Part shown: positions 52,107-64,000 of the stretch, piece by piece
How the letters are laid out: each line of letters begins with the position of its first letter
Position numbering within the stretch: position 1 is the first letter of the stretch
Assembly (NCBI GenBank): GCA_964016885.1
Contig: OZ024742.1
Location: 323,144,001-323,208,000, forward strand
DNA length: 64,000 nt
Direction of reading: 5' to 3'
Origin: Eledone cirrhosa
Lineage: Eukaryota
Position numbers and translations under genes: made by a program
The notes under the pieces: generated by a model
Database searches by the model: none
Told to the model about the DNA's origin: nothing
Seen by the model: the letters and a program-made list of their open reading frames with translations, nothing else

Positions 52107-52488
52107 GAAGGCGCATGGCTTAGTGGTTAGAGCATTGGGCTTGCAATCGAAAGGTTGTGAGTTCAATTCTCGGACCCGGTGATGTGTTGTTTCCTTGAGC
52201 AAGACACTTTATTTCACATTGCTCCAGTTTACTCAACTGTAGAAATGAGATGATAGGACTGGAGTCCCTATCATTCCACTGGTCGTGGAGGTGCCACGGC
52301 ATAAAAAAGCACCCAGCACTCACTGTAAATGAGGTTGGTGTTAGGAAGGGCATCCAGCTGTAGAAATCAAGCAAGAATCAGTTCTCGTATGAGCAAGACA
52401 AGGTCAGCCAACCGGACACTGCCCACAATGGGACAACCCGTCTAACCCATGCTAGCGTGGAAGAATGGACGTAAAACGGTGATGATGA
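52107..52488 (+). mobile_element. SINE family 1 head and body with an alternative (RTE-B-like) tail
   Basis: Same A/B boxes and body. Tail gagcaagac...ctaacccatgctagcgtggaagaatggacgtaaaac. Confidence 0.85.
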
Positions 52489-53559
52489 CATATGTATATA
52501 TATATATATACATATATATATATCATCCTCATACCAATACTGATTCTATTTGTATATAATATTTCTGTCTTCTATGTGTCATGCAGGATACATCACTGCT
52601 TAAACACCTAAACACAACTTCTTGTCACATTTGGTTATAATTCATTTAGCTTTTGAATTATTTGATAACAAAACATTCTTTCATTTTACAATTATACTGT
52701 TGCTTACAACAAAGAAACTATTCTACTCTACTATAGAGTATGTATACTTATGTAGTCTCTCATCATTATCGTATTAATGTCTGCTTTCACTGCTAACAAG
52801 GGTTGGACAAGTCCATACACACCAAGTCAGAGCCACAGATCTCCCAGGCAGGCCAGGGATCTGTGTCTCACTTATGTATGGTAAGTGTTCAAGAGAGGTT
52901 GTCATGCCTTTCACACAACTGAGCGTCCTCCCAACCCGTTATTTGGAAAGATTTCTATGGCTGGGTGCCCTTCCTATCATCAACCCCTTTATAGCATATG
53001 CTAAGTGCGTTTATCATGTAAATCACCAACACTAGGGTAGTTGTCATGTCCTTGACATGACTGAAGTAGTGATGTTGAGAATAACTGTTAGGGAGTGCTA
53101 CTGGGAGGTGGGAGTGTAGATCAGGTCACATTGTATGCTGCAGGTCGGGTCTTTTTCAGCACTACATTGCGCCAGCCCTTGCAATATTTAGTCATTTTTG
53201 TTGTAAGGTTTAGCTTCGTGATAGACGTAATGCCCAGTACAAAACACTGACCTTCTCTTTTCTGGTCTACTACATTACCAATACAGGTGTTGGAGAAGGT
53301 CCTACGTTTCCATCATCTTGGGCCTCTAAGATGACTCTAGGGTGGATGTTAGGTATCCATTGATTTAAGTACTTTCAGGAAATGTGCTTTTTTTTTCCAC
53401 ACTATCTCTTCCTTTTCTCTTCAAACTAGTTACATATATCTCTTGCTAATTCATACATGCAATCCCTCTCTAATTCCTTCTTGTTTTTGCTGTCTAATGC
53501 TGTATCTGCTCTCTCATTCAATTTTCTTATCTTTCTGCATTATCTCTTTTGATATCACA

Positions 53560-53744
53560 CGGTGGATTGGCAGTATCGGTGGAGGGTCGGACGCCATTCT
53601 TTCCAGCATAGTTACGTCCCTTTACGATCTGAGTTCAAATCCCGCCGAGGTTGACTTTGCCTTTCATCCTTACGGGGTCGATAAAATAAAGTACCAGTAA
53701 TGCACTGGGTAATTGCTGGCCTTGTGCCTAAAGTAGAAACAATT
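53560..53744 (+). mobile_element. Nin/Deu-domain SINE (family 2)
   Basis: Close match to 26060-26250. Confidence 0.8.
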
Positions 53745-54191
53745 ATCTCTTTTAATATCCTGAAACAACTACATGAGAGACATAGAAGGACTGATAAAAA
53801 TAATGGTCTGTAATTTAGGCACAGCCAGTTATTTGAGAGGCAGGGTAAGTGAAATAAATCAGCCGCATTATTTGACTGCTACTTACTTTTACTGACCTCT
53901 GAATGATGAAAGGCGAAATTGACTTCAATGGGATTTGAACTCAGAACGTAAAGAGCCATAACTAAATATTGCAAAAGGATTTGTCCGATGTTCAAATGAT
54001 TCTGCTAATCCACCGTCTGAATAAATAATAATATTATCAATATTAACATCCATAGATCTATTGGCATTCCCACCATCACAATAGATACTACCTTTCGTTC
54101 ATTTTAGGATCCACACGATCTATTCAACAGACCTCTATAGTTCAATAACCATCTCTCTCACATACTCTCCCTACCTCGTTCTCTCTCTCTC

Positions 54192-54260
<69 letters not shown>

Positions 54261-54272
54261 ATACATGTATAT

Positions 54273-54609
54273 ATATTTATTAAAATAACAGATTAAACTT
54301 TAAGCAAAGAATCGCTGCTTTCACACTTAACGGGATCTTCTGAAACAAAAAAAATCAATCTGTGAACGCAGAAGTAAATATTTCGAAAAACGTTGCAACC
54401 GAAGGAAAACAGGAAGACGATACTTTGGTTCGTGAAGATGTTCCAGTTACAGCATTATGTATCGTCTTCCTGTTTTCCTTCGGTTGCAACGTTTTTCGAA
54501 ATATTTACTTCTGCGTTCACAGATCGATTTTTTTAGTTCCAGAAGATCCCATTAAGGGTGAAAGCAGCGATTCTTTGCTTAAACTTTAATTTGTTATTTT
54601 AATAAATAT
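54273..54609. repeat. Inverted repeat (arms about 150 bp, 35-bp spacer) beside (TA)n
   Basis: Arms 54273-54423 and 54459-54609. Confidence 0.9.
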
Positions 54610-54816
54610 TTGCTCTAGGGTTCTTATATATTTGATATATATTTATCCTTATCAAGCCCTCTTTGGATTTTAGTCTTCACATTTATTATTATTACTATAT
54701 ATATATATATATTGAATACATATAAAAATGAGAAAACTCATTGCTAGAACAGCTGTTAAAATAGCTAAATGCTGTCAAAGACAGCAATGGGCAAAAATAC
54801 CTCAGAAGACAGAGAA

Positions 54817-56325
54817 GTACCACAGATGCTCTCTTCTTTGTGAGGCAACTGCAGAAGTACCTAGCTAAAGGCAAACCCCTCTACTTGGCTTTTGTGGACC
54901 TGGAGAAAGTTTTTGACAGAGTCGCCTGTTCCATTATCGTGTGGGCTCTTAGTAAACTAGGAGTAGACAGGTGGTTTGTGAGGGCAGTACAAGCCATGTA
55001 TAGAGGAACAGCCAGCAAGGTCAGAATTGACAATGACTATTGCGAATAATTTAGCGTACAGGTTGGTGTCCATCAGGGCTCAGTTTTTACCCCTCTTCTG
55101 TTTAATATCGCCCTGCAGACAATAACAGAGGAGTTTAAGACTTGTTGCCCATGAAAACTCCTGTAGCAGATGATCTAACCCTTATAGCTGAATCTATGGC
55201 AGAATTAGAGAAGAAATTCCAAACCGAAAGCGTGACCGAGAATCAAAAGGTCTTAAAGTTAACTTGTCAAACCAAAGTTCTAGTATGTAGAAAAGAAAAC
55301 AGGGCCCAGAATCCCTCAGGGAAATGGCTTTGCTCAGTATGCAGAAAAGGAGTAGATAGAAATTCCAGCCTATGTCTCAAAAGCAAACTATGGGTGCATA
55401 AGAGATATAGTAGGATCTCAGGCAGGCTAGCAAAGAATGTAGGTTTTACATGTGGTCGATGCAGAGGTGCAATAAGTAGCAAGAGCCCACAGAATGCAAG
55501 CTCCTTCAAATGCCCAGAATGCTTTGTAGAAGTAGTAGAGAGTTTCTGTTACCTGGGTGACCAAACTAGCAGTGGAGGAGGGTGTTCTAAAAGCACAGGA
55601 GCCAGAGTGAGAATTGGTTGAAGAAAGTTCAGGGAGTTACTACTGCTGCTAACTACAAAAGGTTTTATCCCTCAAAATGAAGGGCAGATTGTATGATGTA
55701 TGTATACGAACAGCAATGTTCGTGAGACCTGGGTGCTGCACGCAGAAGACCTGCAAAGATTGGAAAGAAATGAAGCTTCCATGCTTCTATGGATGTGTAA
55801 TAATACATGAACGGCAAAGCATAAATGAACTGAGAGAGAAATTGGTCATAAAAGGATGAGATGCAGCGTGCAGGAGTGGAGATTGCATTGGTATTGCCAT
55901 GTGATGCATATGAAGGATGACAGTTGTATAAAAAGGTGGAGAATGCTCAAAGTTGATGGAAGCTATGGAGTAGGAAGACTTAGGATGAGGTGATAAAAGC
56001 TGACCTTACACAATTGCACCTCTCAAACAAGCTGAGGCATACATCTAGTGTGTGCCACCTACCACTCCATTACCCTTCCCATACACATCCCACGTCGTAA
56101 CATCCCATCCCTAGATCTACCTCTCCAACTCACAATCCCCATGCAGCTCCCTCAACCAAATCCCCAGTCCACACTGTAAAGTGGGTTGGTGTTAGGAAGG
56201 GCATCCAGCCATAGAAATCAAGTCAAAATCAGTTCTGTATGAGCAAAACACCACCATCTAACCTGGCTTGTCTCACAATAGGACAGCTTGTCTAACCCAT
56301 GCTAGCGTGGAAATTGGATGTTATA
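54817..56325 (+). mobile_element. Decayed RTE LINE (RT to 3' end)
   Basis: LYLAFVDLEKVFDRV, ADDLTLIAES, VESFCYLGD. Multiple stops and frameshifts. Confidence 0.9.
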
Positions 56326-56442
56326 TGGTTGGTCCAGTGTAATGTTTCACAACATAAAGAGAGGGAGTAAAAGAGAGATAGAGAGAAGAAACAAATGATG
56401 AAGTGAGAGTGTGTTCACATACACATATGCACACAGAAATAA

Positions 56443-56609
56443 TTATTGTTTCTACTTTTGGCACAAGGCCAGCAATTACCCAGTACATTACTGGTACTTT
56501 ATTTTATCGACCCCGTAAGAATGAAACAGGATTTGAACTCAGTCCGTAAAGGGATGTAACTGTGCTGCAAAGCATGGCATCCGACCCTCTACCGATACTG
56601 CCAATCCAC
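56443..56609 (-). mobile_element. Nin/Deu-domain SINE (family 2)
   Basis: Matches 34466-34655. Flanked by the direct repeat cacagaaataat (probable TSD). Confidence 0.8.
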
Positions 56610-56927
56610 ACAGAAATAATTATAGTCTAGTGAAAGAAAAATTAAATAAAAAAAGGAATGGGGAAAAGGGAGGGATACATTCTACACGCTTGGCTGAGCA
56701 GTACATCTGAGCTGCACCCCACTGATGAAATAGCAAAAGCATTATCGCAGAAAACAACCAACAATACCCACTGCATAAGTCATTCCACTTCACAGGTACC
56801 CTTCATCAGGAGAGATGCACGTCTTTCAATTTTGTGGAGGAAAACAGCAGTTTGGGGTCTGAGGACACATGAAGTCTAGATGGTACATGGCACAAATCAT
56901 TGCATACTTTAATACTATATGTATAGT

Positions 56928-57162
56928 AATTAAAAATAGAAGCTTTTGCCGCATTTCTGACTAAAGAAATTTTAGCCTGATAGTGGGGTTTAGAACTCCC
57001 TAAAAAATGGAAAAAGATGAGTATTGACGTATATGAGAGTCACATCTTTGGTTATCCAGACGTCAATACTCATCTTTTTCCATTTCTTAGAGGGTTCTAA
57101 ACCCCACTATCAGGCTAAATTTTCTTTAGTAAAAAATGTGGCGAAAGCTTCTATTTTTAATT
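56928..57162. repeat. Inverted repeat (arms about 103 bp, 29-bp spacer)
   Basis: Arms 56928-57030 and 57060-57162. Confidence 0.9.
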
Positions 57163-57724
57163 TCAAACTTGCTCGCTGTTTCAAAACATACATACTTATA
57201 TGTATAGTGTTTCAGCATGTCCAAAATTATAAATTTTTTTTAACCAAATGCAAACCTAGTGGATTTAGTTACTCATTTTTCATGTATTTATTTATTCTAA
57301 TACATATATTTATACTTTGTTTTTACTTACTTGATGGATGCACCCAGTACACTCTGTAAAGTGGTTGGTGATAGGAAAGAATTCCAGCTGTAGAAAACTT
57401 GTCAAAAAAAGGTTGGGAAGAGTTTTCAGCTGTGTGAAAGACATGTCAACTTCCCTAGTGTTCATTTACAAGATAAATGCACCCAGTACACTCTTTAAAG
57501 TGATTGGTAGTAGGAAGGGCATCCAGCTGTAGAAAATATGCCAAACAAAGGGTTGAGAGGACTCTTGAGTTGTGTCAAAGACATGATAATCTCCCTACAC
57601 AATTAAATGCATCCGTTGGATCATGGGAACGTTTTGCAAGCAAGAAGACTTCAATCCCACGTAAAGTGAGATGGTGGCCTCTTGCTCATCCGCAAGGAAA
57701 AATGAACGTTAAATAATGTTGATC

Positions 57725-57780
<56 letters not shown>

Positions 57781-57876
57781 ACATATTAATAAATGGAAAC
57801 TATATTTATTTTATTATACATACCCGGATATTGATATTCTCCGTGTATGTCAATATTTATTTATAAAACAAATCTG

Positions 57877-57942
57877 TATTTTATCTGATGAAAGCGCACC
57901 ATAATTTGCCTTGGTGGCCCTTGAAATATGTATAATAAAATA
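57877..57942 (+). ncRNA. Type I hammerhead ribozyme motif
   Basis: tattttat CUGAUGA aag-c-gcacca..tggtggc-c-ctt GAAA tatgta UA ataaaata. Perfect 8-bp stem I. Confidence 0.72.
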
Positions 57943-58330
57943 AATATGGTTTTATAAATATAGTTTCCATTTATTAATATATTGTGTATTTACTCCACTA
58001 ATCTGTTGAGTGGTTTATATCAGTTATAAAAAATGTTTAAGCTTGTTGAATCCCAACAAATTAAATATAACCTCTGCATATATATATACTTTCGCCGTTT
58101 ACTTTAGAGTTTGCATGTCATTTTTCTTTAATTTGTTTTATCCTTGTCTGTTTCTTTCTTTCTCTGTATTTTTCTCATCTTCTCCATACATTTCTTTCAT
58201 TCTTTATGCCTTCCTCTCCTATCCTCGTATTTAGTCTTAGTTTCACTAATAACCCCCCCCCCCCCTCCTTCTTTTCCCTTTGCTCCACTCTCTCTCATAG
58301 TAACAATCTTTGTCATTTTTGCTATATAAG

Positions 58331-58727
58331 ACGGTAGCGGTTTGGCAGAATTAGTAAAGCAGCGGATAAAATGACCTTAGTCTTTTTTTTTTACATTCTG
58401 AGTTCACATCCCGTCGGGTTAAACTTTGCCTTTCACCCTTCCGGGGTCGATAATACAAAGTGTCAGTAAAGTACTGGGGCGATAGAATGGACTTTCCGCT
58501 CCCGCAAATTACATGACTTATGCCTAAATTACGGTGATGGATTGGCAGAAAAGTTACAGCAGAAAACAAAATGCTTCGTGGTATTTAGTGACGGCTGTTT
58601 ATCTTCTGAGTTCAAGTCCTGCTGATGTCAACTTTGCCTTTCTTCCTCGATAAAATAAGTACTAGTCAAGTACAATTGGCTCCTCTAGCCCACCCCAAAT
58701 TGCTGACCTTGTGCCTATATCAGAAAC
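58331..58727 (+). mobile_element. Two tandem Nin/Deu-domain SINEs
   Basis: gcctttcacccttccggggtcgataa. The second copy starts at about 58532. Confidence 0.7.
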
Positions 58728-59259
58728 TCTTAATTTTACTATATCCTACTTTTTCCTCCCTCTCATGCTATTCTCCCTTTATTTCACCCCCTCATACGGT
58801 AACTCTCTCTATCCTTATAACTATATCATTCTCTTTCTCTGTACTTAATTCGCTCTGTTTTATCACTTTTCTCCCCTTCTCTCTATATCTATGTCCCTCC
58901 CTCTATTTTCATACTATAGTTGCTCTCTGCGTCTATTATCTCTATAATCACTTTCAGCGTCTATTACCTTCTTCCTGTTACTTTTCTATCGATCTAGTCT
59001 ATCTCTTAGTATTTCTATAGCTTTATTCTCCTTTCAATTGGTTTGCATTTCTTTCTCACTCACAGTATTTAGCTTTTATCTATCTTTCTCTTGCATCTCT
59101 CCTCTCTTTTTCTTTTGCTATTATCTTTTATCTCCCGCGTCTCTCCGTCTGTCTTTTACTATCTCTTTCTCTCTGACACTCATACTAGTTGACGCATCTC
59201 CTTTTTCATTTACTATTTATCTTTTTTCTCACTCTCTTTCTCCTCTCCTTCACGCTCCT

Positions 59260-59420
59260 GCTCCAATGGCTACCGTATGTCAGTCACGTGACACCGAATT
59301 CACCCATCGTCACCCCCATCCTACTACTTCCGGCCAACACTAACACCCCCATCTTGTTCTCCTGTGCGCATGCACGATTCTCCTCTCCTCTCCACTCTCT
59401 CGTGTGTAATGGCGACATGT
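59260..59420 (+). promoter_or_regulatory. Housekeeping-type promoter of the LARP1-like gene
   Basis: CpG-richer unique DNA with CCAAT 59263-59267, E-box GTCACGTGAC 59283-59292, ETS ACTTCCGG 59326-59333, NRF1-like TGCGCATGCAC 59365-59375 and YY1-like AATGGCG 59408-59414. Confidence 0.75.
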
Positions 59421-60625
59421 GCTTTTGCAGGGAGTCCACTTGTAGGAGAAGAGACGGCATTTAGCTGTTTTGTGGGCTGAGCTGAGCGGGTGTGAGTGAG
59501 CTGCAAGCTTTTTTAAAGCTGTCTAATTTTTTTTTTTCGCGACCGGGGATTTTACTTACTTGCTGATTGATTGATACAAATGGACTTTTACCCCGCAACA
59601 ATTTGTGTGCTCTGTGTCTGTCTATCTCAAGACACATCTTTGGGGGAATTTTGAGTAGAAAAGAAGATAAAAAAAGACATTTTTTCTCTCTGTCTGCCTC
59701 AGTTTTCATATCAGGAGATATAAAATAACAAAACAATAACAAGTGAGAAAAAATAGGAACCATTTCAAAAAAATTTGAAAAAACAAAAAATAAAAACTGT
59801 TATAAGACATTTGTGTGTGTACACATACAAACTCACACATATACATATACACAACACACACACACATATATAGACACCGTATATATTTAGCTCATGAAAT
59901 CTCTATATACTTATATATACATGCTTATATAGATTTAATACTTCAGAAAACGATTACTAGTGCTCGTTTGTGTGTTTATATATATTTATATATAAGCAAT
60001 AGGCATCTTTTTGAAAATTAATTTGGTGATATATGCAGAATGTTATTGAAAAATCCTAGAAAAACTATGTATATATGAACCCCCTCCCCAGAATATCTAA
60101 TTCCGTTTATTGAAAATTCCTCCAAAACCAGGATTATTATTAATATTATTGTCATTAATATTCTGATTATTTTCGTTTTAAACTCTCCTTGCTATTGCAA
60201 AGCAAGAGGAAACAAGCTTTAAATCATAAATTTTGTTGCTGCTTAAGCAAGATTTTTCTCACTACGATTACACAGGTCTGTTATGAGCCTTATTGATATA
60301 CATTTGAAATCGTATTAATTCCTTTTCTTTCTTTTTTTTTGTTAAACTTATTTTTTCTTATTACAATTCTTGCTGAAGTTAAAAGCGCTTTTATATTGTT
60401 TATATAATAATAATCATTATTGTTATAATCAGCATCATTGTCGTCGTCATTACTACTTGATCTAAAGAGCAAAATAACCTAAGCATCATCAACGTATGGT
60501 GTCTTCTGTGTGCTTTAACTACCATCCAGTCACTGGACTTTTAGTTAATTGCAAACACGTTCGGGGAGACAAACACAAAAGACAAATCTTGCTTTGATCA
60601 GTCTTTCACGAAAAAACCGTTCAAA

Positions 60626-61097
60626 ATGGCGACAAAGGTGTCTTCGCAGTCGACGGGCACCTCATCGTCAACAACACACCTCGTCTCCAGTCCGGACTGC
60701 AGCAGTACACATCGAAATAAAACAGCCGCAGAGAACCAGAGAAAATCAAAGAGCGAAACTAACGCAGCCAGTCCCACCATGGCTGGTACTTCCACCCATG
60801 CTACTACAACCATGTCCTCTCCGACCACGGTAACCTCTTCCGGACCCAATGGACACTCTGTTACTACTAATAATAACAGCAATAATAGTGGTGGACATAA
60901 TACCACCTCGACAGCTGACGATGGGAAGAGGAACTCTAAATCAGATTCTAGCAAAGGATCGAACACGCAACAAACACGTGTCGAAGTGAAGAAATTCGAT
61001 AACAAAACATATGTTGAAGCACCCCTGCCGAAGCACAATCCATGGAATAAGGGTAAAACTGGAAACAACAACAACGAGGCTAATCCCACACCGATTG
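60626..61097 (+). CDS. LARP1: La-related protein 1-like, first coding exon (157 codons, then a phase-1 intron)
   Basis: Good start context aaaATGG. Ser/Thr/Asn-rich N-terminus with YVEAPLPKHNPWNK, matching the LARP1 N-terminal motif FVEAPPPKVNPWTK as I recall it. Canonical donor TTG|GTAAGT at 61097/61098. The La module is not in the window. Confidence 0.8.
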
Positions 61098-63349
61098 GTA
61101 AGTGGAAATCAAGAATTGTGTATTATCAGTGTTTCTAGGGGTTGTCCCAATATTAAAAGGAGGGCATGGATATTAATGAAATGTTGGTCGTATCGACCGC
61201 ATGTGTCCATATGTTTCATTTGGGTCTTTACACTTCACACATACTCATTCGCTTGTGTTTAATGCGTACATTGCTTTAACACATACATTGAAATTACATT
61301 TAATGACTTCTAATTAAAATATGTTGTTTTGATCCACTTCAATTATATTAATTTTATTTAAAGATTTCTTAATTTTGAGGATTTCATCGATACGAGAGAA
61401 ATAGACACAGACTCACACACATATATGGCTTCACAGCATTAAGATTTTATATTTGATTGTAAAGAATATAATGTTAGTCTTTGTTTCAGATATGTAATTG
61501 ATCTTTGAACTTTAGAATTCTTTTTGACCTCATTCAAGTTATTTTATATCTATTATCGAACACTGGAGATTTATTCGAGAACAATAAATAGATCTAATTG
61601 TATTTCAATATTTCTGGAGTTTCACTTAAGGCGAAAATGGATGAATGACAGATCTTCCTATTTTTCAACCTTTAACAACCTAGAAGAAAAGACATGCTAT
61701 CATATAGGACACGTATGTGTTTTGCGTACGTGTTTATGTATATATGTATGAGTGTATACATACACACGACTACTTTAGCTATTTACCGTATGGTAGGTAA
61801 CTGAGCCAACAAGGAATCTCGACGTAGTCACTCGACCTCCTAGAAACACCAGCCAAATTTGCCTAAAATTATACCATACGTATTTACACATACAATATAT
61901 GCTGTATCTGGAGGAAAAAAAGACATAATTGTATTCAATCACACATTTCCTCAATATGGTTTGACCTAGGGCCAAACAACAACCGTATGGTAGCTGGGAT
62001 CTAAATCTACCAATAAATGTGTGTGTCAGGTCTATTATATAAATACGTATTTCTTTACATGTCTGAATTTATACAAATATATATATATATATGTATCTAT
62101 TTATATACATTCAATGAGAGCGGTATGTGTTTACTATTGTTATTCCATTATTAATATGTTAGTTTATCTCGGTGTACCTTTCCATAACTCCACGTATTCC
62201 GCCTCCTGTCCTCCATTTTGAATACCACGTGTTATCACATTTTGGGAGGTTCGTCTCTCGGCCATGCTTTCTTTAAACTAACTATCACTGATTAAGGATG
62301 GCACTAAGGTTTTCTTGATTATTTTAGCCTCCTTACCATCGAAATGGGACTGAATTTATATTCTATAGTGTTCGACAAGGGGTTTATTTAATTCCATAAT
62401 CGGCCTAGTTGAGGTTAAATATATGGAATTCTGTCTGCAAATTGTCGCTCTCTCTTATTGAGTTTTTTTTTCTTTTAGTAAGTCGCTCGTGATATAAATT
62501 GACATGTAGCCAAGTTATCGAGAAAATAATATATATTTATGTATTTTGATGGAGAAGTTTCTTTACACAATAATAATTCTGTTTTAAGTTTCCAAGATAT
62601 TTAAAACGATTTTCGTGTCCGTATTTGTCCTTTCTATCTAAACAAAAGTGAAATTCAGCAATTACCCGTATTCTACTTTCCCATTAAAATTTAAATTTAC
62701 TATAATAAATATATATTTTAAATTATTCAAATTTTTCCTTAATTACTTTCGTTTTTTGTTTGTTTTTTTTTCGTGATTATAGATCGATCAACCGTATTTC
62801 TATGGAAACTCTATCAAAATTAATCTCTCCATATATGTATGAGAGATATTTACGTTATAGCTATCTATATAATTTCATTGTTGATTTTGGTATAACATAA
62901 AGCTCTTGATAATTTCTTTTACACGAAGGGTCAGCCCAGGAACGCTAGATTTTTCCCCTTCTCCCCCACGATGTAATAAACTCATCCAAATCCATACATT
63001 CCACTGGCTACGTTCGTTTCATTTTATATATGAAGCGCGCGCGCATACATAGTTAGCTCTAGCTATTTCAGCCTGTTGGTTTCGTATGATATATACTAAA
63101 TTAATCTCTAAATAAATACTATTTGGGCTGTTCGTGTAAATATATATGTATATATATATATATACTAAAAACTTCTATATATATATATATATATATATGA
63201 AAGCTTTTAGTGGTGAGATTAAAAAGGGAATTAACAATCGATCGGTCTTGTAGCAATGACATTGACAGTGGATTTTCTGTTAATGTTTACTTTCCCAGTA
63301 AACATTACCAAAAAAAAAGAACCATCCTTTCTTGCCCCTTTTTTGAACG

Positions 63350-63425
63350 TAGCAGCGGCCATGGTTTTATTTATTTTTTTTTCATAATCTCTCATTGGCA
63401 ATATGGCGGCCCTGTCACGTGACTC
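63350..63425. promoter_or_regulatory. Intronic regulatory motif cluster (enhancer or alternative promoter)
   Basis: gcggccat (YY1-like), ATTGG 63394-63398, AATATGGCGGC 63400-63410 and GTCACGTGAC 63414-63423. Confidence 0.55.
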
Positions 63426-64000
63426 TGGTCTATTTCGTCCTAAACACCGTCTAAACAATTTGAAAAAGCATGCTTTTTTTTTTTTTTTTCATTTGGGGCG
63501 AAGGAGGCAGAAACACGGTGCGTGTTTATACATAAATCATGTAGTCGGAAGAAGTAATAGCTGAAACCTCTAAGTTACTACCAGCTTTTCTTCAGAAAAT
63601 ATATCTTACATTGCCCACATGTACTGAGTGCTCATTCAGTTAATGTATGTATATATATACATATATATAAATATATGTGCCCTTTTTAAACCCCCTCATA
63701 CGACACGCACGAATACAGTACACCTATCCTAAGAACTGAGAAGAAAAATTATATATATAATTTTTCTCTTTGAAGAATCTTGTGCAAGGACGAGCCATCA
63801 AGAGAGTCCTTACATGGTCGTTCGACCTGCTAGAAATAGTAATCGAATACCCATCAATACACCCTCTCCGTCATTAGTATAGTATACATTTGGACAGTAG
63901 TTATACCATGTTATCATTACAAAAGGATGATGCGACTGGAATGTAGGTTTGCGCGGTCATGGTTCACTTGGGTTTGAACAGTATCCTAACGTAAATATTT

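Noticed and set aside
61098-61138. 3' end of ORF 60626-61138 as coding sequence
   Set aside because: It lies past a canonical GTAAGT donor and is intron read-through.

Overview
AT-rich, microsatellite-dense animal genomic DNA. The repeat families suggest a coleoid cephalopod, probably Octopus (inference). About 59 kb is repeat-filled intergenic sequence. It holds a Tigger/pogo 3' end, a decayed CRE-type LINE interrupted by a young non-coding LTR element with a tRNA-Trp primer site, and a nearly intact 5'-truncated RTE LINE plus many RTE fragments. It also holds two tRNA-headed SINE families, Helitron-like elements, an R4-like LINE relic, a mariner-type relic and MITEs. The only host gene I can support is the promoter and first coding exon (60626-61097, +) of a LARP1-like gene. 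Almost all short ORFs in the track are microsatellite or SINE artefacts. The main unexplained structure is a set of sequence-diverse, non-coding elements sitting in (TA)n tracts, built as direct and inverted partial duplications. Several carry type I hammerhead-ribozyme folds with a palindromic stem III (12.4, 23.8/24.7, 35.7 and 57.9 kb). A GIY-YIG C-terminal relic at 37.9-38.2 kb links them to Penelope-like retroelements. All folds and alignments were made by eye and need computational confirmation.
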